DNA of 20,000 nt from an uncultured virus (IMG/VR IMGVR_UViG_3300031234_000003). Taxonomy: Duplodnaviria > Heunggongvirae > Uroviricota > Caudoviricetes. Every line of letters begins with the position of its first letter. The first letter of the stretch is position 1. Where the stretch lies: the IMG/VR virus record IMGVR_UViG_3300031234_000003, one strand, 5' to 3'. The position numbers and the translations under genes are program-made. Of this stretch, positions 13,135 to 20,000 are shown one piece after another. The notes under the pieces were generated by a model, which saw only the letters and a list, made by a program, of their open reading frames with translations, did no database searches and had not been told where the DNA came from.

Positions 13135-15021
13135 TTATTTTTCCTTTGTTGCCTCGGCTTTCAACTGTTGAGCAAGAGCTATAACCTCACTGCGGTTTGG
13201 CAGAACCCACAGCGTGCTGACTGGTTTACCCGGAGCAAGTCTCTCCATGGCCTCACGAATGTAATGCGTCTCACTCGCGGGCGATTCCTCGGGCTTGTGA
13301 TACCCAGCAGCTTCCCATGCTTTGCGGTACTTCTCATCGTCGGGCTTTTCCCAACGCGCTTTCCTGAGCGTCTCCGTGGCTTTCATGTAAATCGACCACA
13401 GGGATGTCTTGCTTCCAACAATAGCTCTGACAGCCGTCTCAATGTCGCCTACGGTCAGGGAGGCAGTCTTTCCCATCGACCGGGCTTTGAGACTCGTTGC
13501 CAAAGCTGCTGCAATTTCAAACCGAAGGCTTTCATCCGTGCGACCTTCGATGGCGAACTGAAGCTTTTCAAGCTCCCGTTCCCCTTCCTGCACTAACTTA
13601 TTCAGGTTGCTCAGAGTTTCGTGCTCTTCGGGCGTCAATCCGCCCTTTGTGGGCTTGTAAAGCAGGTCGTGCGTGACCTCGGCCCATGCGTGCATCAGGA
13701 CGGATGCTACCTGAATCTCGATCTGCGTGTCGGCGTACCGAAGCTCCTTCTTGCGGAGCGTCTCGGGGCGCAGGCGCACCAGATAGTGGGTTGCCGTGTA
13801 GCCCAGCGTATCGCCTTCCTCGGGCTTGCTGGCTTCGGGGAAGCTCTTTGGGGGTCGCACGGGGACGAATAACTTTTCAATGATCTGTCCAACCGCATCG
13901 CGGTCGGCTGGCATGTAAAGCGCCACACGGCAGCCAGCTAAATCGATGATGTCGTCGTCAATATCGCGGAACGTCTTATAGTTCCTCTTTTGATTTCGCT
14001 TGTACAGCTTTTTCCCCAGCCGATCTGGGGTCTTCGCACGGGAGCTAACCACCGCCTTGATCCCCGCATCCTGAAGAGCCTGATCCAATTTGTCCTGTAC
14101 GAGGTGCGCGACTTCATCGTAGAAGTCCACCTCGTGCTTGTAGTTCTTCAAAAAGGCTTCGATGACCGTGTACTTCTCACCGGCCGCTGTCAGAGCGATC
14201 ACATAACGGTTCTGCTTTTCATCATGCGTGACCGGATACCGTTTCTTGAGTCGGTCCCACGCTGGCTCAGCGGTAGCGGGGTCGCGTTGGTCATCCGACA
14301 GGAAATACTTCGCTCCTCGGCGCTTTACCTCGGCGATTGCCCGATCATAAATCTCCTGCCCCAGCCCGGTTTTCCGACGCTCCGGTGCGCTGATGAACTT
14401 TAGGCGATAGGCGGGCTCGCCTTTGTATCGGGTGCGGTATACGCTTGCACCACCCTGCCGCTCCCCGCTCGCGTCTAGACCGTTGATATCGAACATTGTC
14501 GAATCGCCCGTGATCCGCCACTGAAGGTCTTCGTTTGCAGCCTGCTTCTTGGCGGCGGCGTCCTTCTGTTTCGCCTTCACCGTGTCGAACAGGTACTCGA
14601 AATCGACCTCGGAGATGTCGCCCAGCAGTTCTTCGCCCGCTTGCCCAATGTACGCCTTTTCAGCTTCCTCTAGTGTGTCGAACCCCAGCATCACTTTGTA
14701 CTCGTCGAACTCTCCATCAGGTGTGTTTTGCTCAACAATGTAGGCATATTCGGCATCTTCGTTGGGACCCCTGTAGATGTCGAGATTCTCCTTATCCCCG
14801 GTTGCCGTCGTGTCGGGGATGTAGCCGTAATCGACTTTCATCTCTGTTTTGAACGACGTACCGTCAGGTTTCTTACCGACGCGGGTGCTTCCCTTCGGCC
14901 ACTCAATTATAACAGGGAGACCCCGAAATTCGGTAGAGTGTTCCTGTGGCAGCTTGTCGGCGATGACGATTTTCACGAAAATGCCCTGTTTTCTGTGGTT
15001 TTGGGGGTCTCTGGGTAACAC
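13135..15021 (-). CDS. Multidomain protein: inorganic pyrophosphatase (InPase-type) - GNAT - RelA/SpoT alarmone synthetase domain - unknown C-terminal domain
   Basis: InPase: IEWPKGS..DYGYIP..GDKENLDIY..DEYKVMLGF (14536-15021). GNAT: RRKTGLGQEIY (14182-14535). RelA/SpoT: RAK...K, DLAGCR, GYTATH, EIQV..HAWAEVTHDLLYK (13462-14181). Start is uncertain (GTG 15021 or GTG 14976). Confidence 0.9.
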   Translation of the reverse strand: MLPRDPQNHRKQGIFVKIVIADKLPQEHSTEFRGLPVIIEWPKGSTRVGKKPDGTSFKTEMKVDYGYIPDTTATGDKENLDIYRGPNEDAEYAYIVEQNTPDGEFDEYKVMLGFDTLEEAEKAYIGQAGEELLGDISEVDFEYLFDTVKAKQKDAAAKKQAANEDLQWRITGDSTMFDINGLDASGERQGGASVYRTRYKGEPAYRLKFISAPERRKTGLGQEIYDRAIAEVKRRGAKYFLSDDQRDPATAEPAWDRLKKRYPVTHDEKQNRYVIALTAAGEKYTVIEAFLKNYKHEVDFYDEVAHLVQDKLDQALQDAGIKAVVSSRAKTPDRLGKKLYKRNQKRNYKTFRDIDDDIIDLAGCRVALYMPADRDAVGQIIEKLFVPVRPPKSFPEASKPEEGDTLGYTATHYLVRLRPETLRKKELRYADTQIEIQVASVLMHAWAEVTHDLLYKPTKGGLTPEEHETLSNLNKLVQEGERELEKLQFAIEGRTDESLRFEIAAALATSLKARSMGKTASLTVGDIETAVRAIVGSKTSLWSIYMKATETLRKARWEKPDDEKYRKAWEAAGYHKPEESPASETHYIREAMERLAPGKPVSTLWVLPNRSEVIALAQQLKAEATKEK

Positions 15022-15041
15022 GTTCGGTCCAGCAGCATCCC

Positions 15042-15062
15042 CTCATAGAAGATACCGAAAGC
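15042..15062 (-). promoter_or_regulatory. Copy 3 of the RCTT-N6-TCT-N4-TRRG motif
   Basis: Minus strand reads GCTT TCGGTA TCT TCTA TGAG, then GGGATG. It shares CTTTCGG..TCTT..AT.AGGGGATG with the copy at 463-487. Confidence 0.45.
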
Positions 15063-15301
15063 GGGGAGTTTAGGCTGGCATTGGTTATCAGAAATTTTTT
15101 CCGCATAGATTGTGACGGAACTTGGGTATTACAAAAATGTGGGAGACTGCACTCAAAACACGGCAGGCCAGCTCGCCCCCATCGGCATCGGCGCTATCAT
15201 TTACAAGTGGCTCCGCACTGGCTCTACGCTGTCCCTACGCTGGCGCACCATTTTTGCAACTACGTGTTGCTTAGATGAGTCTCTTCTCGGAGGAAATGTT
15301 C

Positions 15302-16537
15302 TTGGCTAAGAAAAAAGATTCGAAGAAAGTCTCAAAGCAAACCCTCATCGCTGAAGCCCAGCGCCTAGCAACTCAAACAGACGAACTCACACGTGATTTT
15401 TTCCGTAACAAGAGTGAGTTCAAGGACGGCTGGAACATTTACTGGCCGACCTTCCAAGCCTTTCTCGCCGAAGCAAAAGTAGTCTCCAAGATCGCCAAGC
15501 CGTCACCCGACAAACAGGTCGAACTTGAGATCGAGAAAGTCCGCGACCGCAAGACCAATCTGAAAGCCAAATACGAAGCGGCTATTCACCGCGCCGAACG
15601 CGCCGAGGAAACCCTGTCGGTATTGCAGGACCTCCGCACCAAAACACCGCAGCATCTCAGCATCCTGCCGAAGGTTGTTACTGGCACCAGCGAATCAGTC
15701 GCAGTGTGGGCGGCAAGCGATTGGCACATCGAAGAAAAGGTCGATTACGCCGATGTCGAAGGTCGCAACTACTTCGATCTGAATACCGCGCATCACCGCA
15801 TTGAGATGTACTGGCAGAACATGATGCGCCTGACGGACATCATGCAGAAGGACACCAACATTCCCGTCGTCTTTCTGGCTCTGCTGGGCGATTTCATCAC
15901 CAACACCATTCACCCCGACGTGGCTGAAAGCAATCAGCTTGGTCCGGGCGATGCGATCTGGTGGGTGCAGGAGCGCCTTGTCAGCGGCATGAAGTTCGCC
16001 CTTGACAACCTCAGCAAGAACACGGTCCTCAAGGTCGCCTGTCACACGGGCAACCACGGTCGCAGCACACCGAAACAGCGCCAGAAGACTGAGCCTTCAA
16101 ACTCGTGGGAGCGGTTGATGTACCGCGAAATGAAGATGATCTTTGACGGCGACTCGAAGTACGGCAAGCGCGTCGAGTGGTGCATTGCTGACGGTTACCA
16201 CAGCACGCACGACCTGTTCAATGGAGCCTTCAAGCTTCGTACTCACCACGGCCACGCCATCGGTTACGGCGGCGGCGTTGGCGGCATCACGATTCCTGTC
16301 AACAAGAAGATCGCCAACTGGAACATCAACAACCCGAGAACTCCAAACCTCGATTTGTTCGGTCACTTTCACCAGTACATTGATAGCGGAACGTTCGTCA
16401 CAAACGGCAGCTTGATCGGCTACAACGCCTTTGCTAACACCATCGGCGCAGCGTTCGAGAAGCCCACACAGGCGTTCTTCCTCATCAACAAGAAGTTCAA
16501 CTCGAAGACAATGGCAACGCCAATTTTCCTCGACTAA
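15302..16537 (+). CDS. Calcineurin-like metallophosphoesterase with an N-terminal coiled-coil region
   Basis: All five motifs present: SDWH, LGDF, GNHG, HHGH, GHFH. Start placed at TTG 15302, 8 nt after GGAGG (15289-15293); the track start 15275 is an alternative. Confidence 0.88.
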   Translation: MAKKKDSKKVSKQTLIAEAQRLATQTDELTRDFFRNKSEFKDGWNIYWPTFQAFLAEAKVVSKIAKPSPDKQVELEIEKVRDRKTNLKAKYEAAIHRAERAEETLSVLQDLRTKTPQHLSILPKVVTGTSESVAVWAASDWHIEEKVDYADVEGRNYFDLNTAHHRIEMYWQNMMRLTDIMQKDTNIPVVFLALLGDFITNTIHPDVAESNQLGPGDAIWWVQERLVSGMKFALDNLSKNTVLKVACHTGNHGRSTPKQRQKTEPSNSWERLMYREMKMIFDGDSKYGKRVEWCIADGYHSTHDLFNGAFKLRTHHGHAIGYGGGVGGITIPVNKKIANWNINNPRTPNLDLFGHFHQYIDSGTFVTNGSLIGYNAFANTIGAAFEKPTQAFFLINKKFNSKTMATPIFLD

Positions 16538-16543
16538 CTGCTG

Positions 16544-16552
16544 TGATACACT
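16544..16552 (+). promoter_or_regulatory. Extended -10 element (TGnTACACT) 8 nt before ATG 16561
   Basis: TG-a-TACACT-gaggctag-ATG. Confidence 0.45.
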
Positions 16553-16560
16553 GAGGCTAG

Positions 16561-17004
16561 ATGACCTTTCGCAATAGCCTCGACGCCGAAGAACTCCCCG
16601 CCCTGTACGAAATCGAGAAGGGGTGCTTTGAAGCACCCTTTCTCTGGAGTCAAACGACCTTCAACAACTCCCTCCTCAAAGCTGCCAAAAAGAACAACGT
16701 CTGGGTCGCCGAAGAAAACGGCAAGATTCTGGGCTTCCTGCTGGCGGATAAAGAATTCGGCAAAGGCTACATCGACACCGTGGATGTTTCCCCCAAGGCA
16801 CGCGGGAAGGGGATAGCGACCAAGCTCATTGGCATGTACGAGGCGGCAGCTAAGAAGCGCGGCCTTGCGGAGATCAAACTGGAGGTCAGTATCGAGAACC
16901 CGGCGCAGGTGTTGTACTTCAAGCTAGGCTACCGGGTGACCGCATTCCGTCGCCACTACTACAAACTCCACTACCACGCGCTGACGATGGCTAAGAAACT
17001 TTAA
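16561..17004 (+). CDS. GNAT N-acetyltransferase, RimI-like
   Basis: IEKGCF...W, VDVSPKARGKGIATKLI, LEVSIENPAQVLYFKLGY, RRHYY, ALTM: the typical RimI-family pattern. Confidence 0.9.
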   Translation: MTFRNSLDAEELPALYEIEKGCFEAPFLWSQTTFNNSLLKAAKKNNVWVAEENGKILGFLLADKEFGKGYIDTVDVSPKARGKGIATKLIGMYEAAAKKRGLAEIKLEVSIENPAQVLYFKLGYRVTAFRRHYYKLHYHALTMAKKL

Positions 17005-17221
17005 GCTTGCGGTTCATGCGAGCTTCGATGCTCACCATTTGGAATTTGCCGCCCAACACGTCCTGAATCTCGTGAATCTCCATCATGCGATTCCAGCATC
17101 GCATACGCTCTTCTTCGAGAGCATCCATCTTGGTGCTATACTCCGCGAAGGTGCGAAGCAAGGTTTCATTGCTCATCGTCCTGACGCCGTTGCAGAACCT
17201 TTTGCTAGGCAACTTCGTCAT
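16991..17221 (-). CDS. Hypothetical protein (76 aa, coiled-coil-like)
   Basis: ATG 17219-17221 overlaps the TAA of the upstream gene (TAATG coupling). Convergent 14-nt overlap with the GNAT gene. Confidence 0.6.
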   Translation of the reverse strand: MTKLPSKRFCNGVRTMSNETLLRTFAEYSTKMDALEEERMRCWNRMMEIHEIQDVLGGKFQMVSIEARMNRKLKVS

Positions 17222-17424
17222 TAGAGTTCCACTCCGTCGTCCAGATACTTTTTCTCGCCGCAGAAACACTCGACCGTGGCGCTGTCGCCGAGGCCGCTCG
17301 GGACAAAGATGACTTTGCAATGTGCGCCCGAGAAGTCGGGCACAACCTTACAAGTCTTCCGGTGTTCCTCTTGCCAAGCGGAGTATTGCTCTACCTGCGT
17401 ATCGTTCAGTGTGAAAGTCCTCAT
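17221..17424 (-). CDS. Small Cys/His-containing hypothetical phage protein (67 aa)
   Basis: H..C...FVPSGLG...VECFCG, a possible zinc site. Preceded by a sigma70-like promoter. Confidence 0.75.
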   Translation of the reverse strand: MRTFTLNDTQVEQYSAWQEEHRKTCKVVPDFSGAHCKVIFVPSGLGDSATVECFCGEKKYLDDGVEL

Positions 17425-17430
17425 GCACCA

Positions 17431-17460
17431 ATCTTACCACGGGTGCGAGGCGGTAGTCAA
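17431..17460 (-). promoter_or_regulatory. Sigma70-like promoter, probably giving a leaderless mRNA
   Basis: TTGACT (17455-17460), 18-nt spacer ending in TGg, TAAGAT (17431-17436), then 6 nt to ATG 17424. Confidence 0.6.
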
Positions 17461-17706
17461 AAAGGTTCCGATCTTGTTCTCGCGACCGCGCCAGCCGAGT
17501 GAGCGGGCCTTGGCGATGGTCTTGCGGTAGGAAAGTTTGTCGGGTACGAACTGGAACGCACGCTGATCCCTGATGGCGACTTTGTTCGTGCGGGCGTTAA
17601 ACCCGAGCCAGCCTTCTAGGAGCCAGTAGCACATGTAGTAGCAGAGATTGGGTTGTTTGGCGTCCGCCGTGCGCTTGCTTCCGCAGACTTGGCAACAGGG
17701 AATCAT
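17434..17706 (-). CDS. Hypothetical protein with an N-terminal Cys cluster (possible zinc finger)
   Basis: CCQVC...CYYMC. ATG directly follows the stop of the upstream gene. Confidence 0.6.
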   Translation of the reverse strand: MIPCCQVCGSKRTADAKQPNLCYYMCYWLLEGWLGFNARTNKVAIRDQRAFQFVPDKLSYRKTIAKARSLGWRGRENKIGTFLTTASHPW

Positions 17707-17982
17707 TTAGCGTCTCGCGTACAGCCAAGCGCCGTGTGGGTCAACGGTGCTGATGTCCACGGTCGCCAGAGTCGAACGAACGCCCTTGGCAGGCGTCTTC
17801 CAGCCCGCTGCCTTGTAGATGTTGCCGTTGGCGTCAACGAAGCAATATACGCTGCGGCTATTGCTGCCCCGCATGGTCTGGACGATGCGTGTGTATTTGA
17901 TGCCTTCGCGCTCGATCAGGAAGGTGTAGCCGATGCTGTTGAATTTCACGTTGAGGGCGGTGATGAATTCCGTGTTCGTCAT
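17707..17982 (-). CDS. Conserved-looking phage hypothetical protein (91 aa)
   Basis: KYTRIV...SVYCFVD..GNIYKAAGWKTPAKGVR is a motif I recall from uncharacterised phage proteins. TATAAT lies 6 nt upstream of the ATG. Confidence 0.8.
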   Translation of the reverse strand: MTNTEFITALNVKFNSIGYTFLIEREGIKYTRIVQTMRGSNSRSVYCFVDANGNIYKAAGWKTPAKGVRSTLATVDISTVDPHGAWLYARR

Positions 17983-17988
17983 ACCCCT

Positions 17989-17994
17989 ATTATA
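17989..17994 (-). promoter_or_regulatory. -10 box TATAAT 6 nt before ATG 17982 (leaderless configuration)
   Basis: Minus strand tttggg-TATAAT-aggggt-ATG, in an AT-rich intergenic gap. Confidence 0.6.
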
Positions 17995-18050
17995 CCCAAA
18001 AATAGACGAGAATCGATAGGATTTTAGAGGTTTATTGCCTCTGTTTTCAG

Positions 18051-18887
18051 CTACCTACGCGGTGAATTGACGTTGATCGTCATCGAGCCGTCACCGCTGG
18101 TAAAGCTGGCGCTTTTCTGACCGAACTGTTTGTCGATAGCGCCTAAGCAGTCGTCACGGTAGCAACTTTTCGTGCTCGGCTTGTCGTAGTCGTGTTCGAT
18201 CTTAGGCGGCGGGTTGCTCTCCATTTGCCGCTGCGCTTCCCGTGGAATACTTTGATACGCATGTCCGACCGTGGTCGTGGTTACCGCCTCTACTTCTCCG
18301 TTGGAATCCGTTTCCACCACCTGCACGGGCTGCGCTGCAACGGCGGCTATCGGGGGAGGAAGCGCGGCTGCGGCAGGAGCAGGCTCGTCTGGAATGACGG
18401 GCGCTGGTGCCGCGAACAAATTGGCCGTTGCCATGTTGAACTCCTCGGTGCTGACCATGATCTGTTCCATCTGCCTGATCTGTTCACCTTGCATGACAAT
18501 GGTCCGTTCGTTGTTGTACATCCTGATCTGTTCGGGAGTCGGACCACCAAGATCGTTGCGGACACTGTAGGCAGTGATGAACACGAACAGCGCGGTGATT
18601 CCGCCTATGAACTTTAGCCAACCGTACTTTGCGGCGGCTTCCACTTTCGGGACGGTCTCAAGAGCCTTGTCGCTGAGGTCTTTCACGCCTTTCCACGCGG
18701 GATCGTGGTTCTTTATTTCGTCATTAGCCCCGTCGCGGGCGGTGCTGCTGGTGTCCTCGCCTCCCTTTTGAGAGTCATGCTCAGCTTGCTGCCCCTCGTC
18801 AGGATCAGTGACGGCTTTGCTGGCATTCTGCGTGAATTTATTTTCGAGGTTCTCGCGGATATTGGAGAGGACACTCCAGAAACTCAT
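18051..18887 (-). CDS. Single-pass membrane protein with a Pro/Ala-rich linker (278 aa)
   Basis: Hydrophobic segment WLKFIGGITALFVFITAYSV, PAPVIPDEPAPAAAALPPP linker, C-terminal Cys pair. ATGA overlap with the upstream gene. Confidence 0.8.
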   Translation of the reverse strand: MSFWSVLSNIRENLENKFTQNASKAVTDPDEGQQAEHDSQKGGEDTSSTARDGANDEIKNHDPAWKGVKDLSDKALETVPKVEAAAKYGWLKFIGGITALFVFITAYSVRNDLGGPTPEQIRMYNNERTIVMQGEQIRQMEQIMVSTEEFNMATANLFAAPAPVIPDEPAPAAAALPPPIAAVAAQPVQVVETDSNGEVEAVTTTTVGHAYQSIPREAQRQMESNPPPKIEHDYDKPSTKSCYRDDCLGAIDKQFGQKSASFTSGDGSMTINVNSPRR

Positions 18888-19141
18888 GCTGGTTTCCTTG
18901 TCTCAGTCATCCCACCCGCACCGATAACCGCAGCGATGGGGCTGGCGATGGAGATTGCGATGCCGATGTTGTCCGCCGACTCATGACCGATCACCAGCGA
19001 GGCGAGCACGCCCAAAACCATTGGGATTATGAACCCCAAAACGGCGTACCCGAAGGCTTTCCAGCGAGTCTGGCTCATGTAGATGCAACGAATTAACATC
19101 ACGAGACAAACGCAGTCGAGAAGAAACAGAAATGTGTTCAT
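18884..19141 (-). CDS. Small integral membrane protein, about 3 TM segments (85 aa)
   Basis: Three hydrophobic stretches; ATGA overlaps on both sides. Confidence 0.8.
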   Translation of the reverse strand: MNTFLFLLDCVCLVMLIRCIYMSQTRWKAFGYAVLGFIIPMVLGVLASLVIGHESADNIGIAISIASPIAAVIGAGGMTETRKPA

Positions 19142-19341
19142 AGCACGTCCTTTGATTTGCAGTTTGGGTCTTCTTTGACGAAGGTGCCGTTGTCTTTCAG
19201 GATGTAGTCGCAGCCATCTTCCCCGTGAAGCATGGTAGTCCCGTCCGCTCGTTTGTAAAATCGGGGATTGGGTTTAACGTCGTTACAGGCTACGGTCAGC
19301 CCGCAGAGAATCAAGACAGCAAAGACCACGATTTGCTTCAT
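19138..19341 (-). CDS. Putative small lipoprotein (67 aa)
   Basis: Start reassigned to ATG 19341: MKQIVVFAVLILCGLTVA-C, a signal peptide with a lipobox-like cysteine. Confidence 0.7.
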   Translation of the reverse strand: MKQIVVFAVLILCGLTVACNDVKPNPRFYKRADGTTMLHGEDGCDYILKDNGTFVKEDPNCKSKDVL

Positions 19342-19348
19342 GAGGACC

Positions 19349-19357
19349 ATTATACCA
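19349..19357 (-). promoter_or_regulatory. Extended -10 (TGnTATAAT) 7 nt before ATG 19341 (leaderless configuration)
   Basis: Minus strand ctg-TG-g-TATAAT-ggtcctc-ATG. Confidence 0.65.
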
Positions 19358-19388
19358 CAGTTATTGGATGCGGCTATGCACGAAGGTG

Positions 19389-19607
19389 CTATGCGAAAAG
19401 CTTGAGGTAGGCGTCCTTTTGGGTGCTCTGTTTGTTCAGAGGATGTTCGTCGGTCCACTCGACTTCGCGGGACGTGATCTCCATGACCTGAGGGTTGATG
19501 CAGTCGTTGGGGTAGTTCGCGTTCTCAAGAGTTTCCGCGATCTCGTTCATCGTCAGGTTGTCGTGGTTCACAATCAGCACTTCGATCTTGAATACTTTCG
19601 TTCTCAT
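19389..19607 (-). CDS. Hypothetical phage protein (72 aa)
   Basis: GAGAGGA directly upstream of the ATG; protein-like composition (REVEWTDEHPLN). Confidence 0.75.
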   Translation of the reverse strand: MRTKVFKIEVLIVNHDNLTMNEIAETLENANYPNDCINPQVMEITSREVEWTDEHPLNKQSTQKDAYLKLFA

Positions 19608-19916
19608 GGTTCCTCTCTTCGTTCTGGTTCATCAGCGCGTACTGGAGCCTCATGCGACCCGCTTCTGTGTCGGGCACCAGATTGCCGTCGATGGTAAAGA
19701 ATCCTCGCTCATCAATCTCAACGCCAGACCGCTTAGGGGTCTCGACGATCACGGGCTCGAAGTCCCGCTTGAACATTCCAGCGGGCGGCTTAGGTAACGG
19801 CCCGCACTCCTTCTCCCACTCCTCTCAAGGTCTTTCTTCTTGATCCAGTACGGGGCCAAACCTTCGGTTCTGATCTTCTCGTAGTTTTCGGCAGACGTGT
19901 AGTGGTAGCCGATCAT
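19525..19916 (-). pseudogene. Probable broken gene(s): ART-like N-terminus (MIGYHYTS..NYEKIRTEGL) joined out of frame to a second protein-like frame
   Basis: ATG 19916 is coupled (ATGA) to the upstream stop. The first frame loses protein-like character after KKKDLE and stops at 19749. A second frame opens right after a TGA near 19826 (EEWEKECGPLPKPPAGMFKRDFEPV...) and runs to 19525. Confidence 0.45.
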
Positions 19917-19999
19917 AAATTTCGGATTCGCTTTCCGTCCACTCGAACAAACTGCCGCAGGGGTCGCCCGCATTGAGGACAAGGAGCGGGGTTCTTGGC
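19913..19999 (-). CDS. 3' end of a gene entering from the right edge; CxxC zinc-ribbon-like
   Basis: Frame reads AKNPAPCPQCGRPLRQFVRVDGKRIRNL, with TGA at 19913-19915. Confidence 0.6.
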   Translation of the reverse strand, partial: AKNPAPCPQCGRPLRQFVRVDGKRIRNL

Positions 20000-20000
20000 C

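Noticed and set aside
1268..14852. Many plus-strand ORFs of 60-290 aa in the track (e.g. 4133..5005, 9119..9853, 12739..13596)
   Set aside because: They lie antisense to long motif-bearing genes, show no recognisable motifs, and are the expected shadow ORFs of GC-biased codon usage.
15137..15277. A 45-codon ORF (MWETALKT...) ending in TAG, immediately followed in frame by ATG 15275, suggesting TAG readthrough or a recoded genetic code
   Set aside because: The 3883-codon ORF and the other long genes contain no internal TAG, and TAG ends genes normally (905, 18051). A good SD supports an independent start at 15302.
1..20000. CRISPR arrays, tRNA/rRNA genes, IS elements and Rho-independent terminators
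   Set aside because: No regularly spaced repeats, cloverleaf-like segments, transposase motifs or convincing hairpin plus U-tract were found by eye. The window is almost entirely coding.

Overview
This window looks like a segment of a large bacteriophage genome (no rRNA, tRNA, CRISPR array or IS element seen; the host cannot be determined). It is dominated by one 11.65-kb minus-strand ORF (905..12556, 3883 aa) that reads as a string of about 26 small segments. These are 14 ADP-ribosyltransferase (ART)-like modules (10 with an H-type 'YHGT'-like first motif, one of them truncated; 4 of the R-S-E type), 3 ParB/Srx-like modules, 2 GNATs, a SprT-like HExxH metallopeptidase, a 2H phosphoesterase, a Nudix fold, an ASCH/PUA-like module, one unknown module and two short acidic peptides. 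Each of the 25 junctions I placed carries a short K-x-[A/G] or [V/L]-x-A(A) motif. Upstream on the same strand are a JAB/MPN metalloprotease gene and a second multidomain gene (inorganic pyrophosphatase - GNAT - RelA/SpoT synthetase - unknown) whose domains are separated by the same motif. My working hypothesis (inference) is a phage effector polyprotein system, related to the known polyvalent proteins, that is cut into individual enzymes at a common linker. A 21-bp motif (RCTT-N6-TCT-N4-TRRG) precedes three minus-strand genes, including both multidomain genes. The right part holds a metallophosphoesterase, a RimI-like GNAT and small phage-type genes, several behind -10 boxes placed for leaderless transcripts. 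All domain calls come from recognising motifs by eye, not from database searches.
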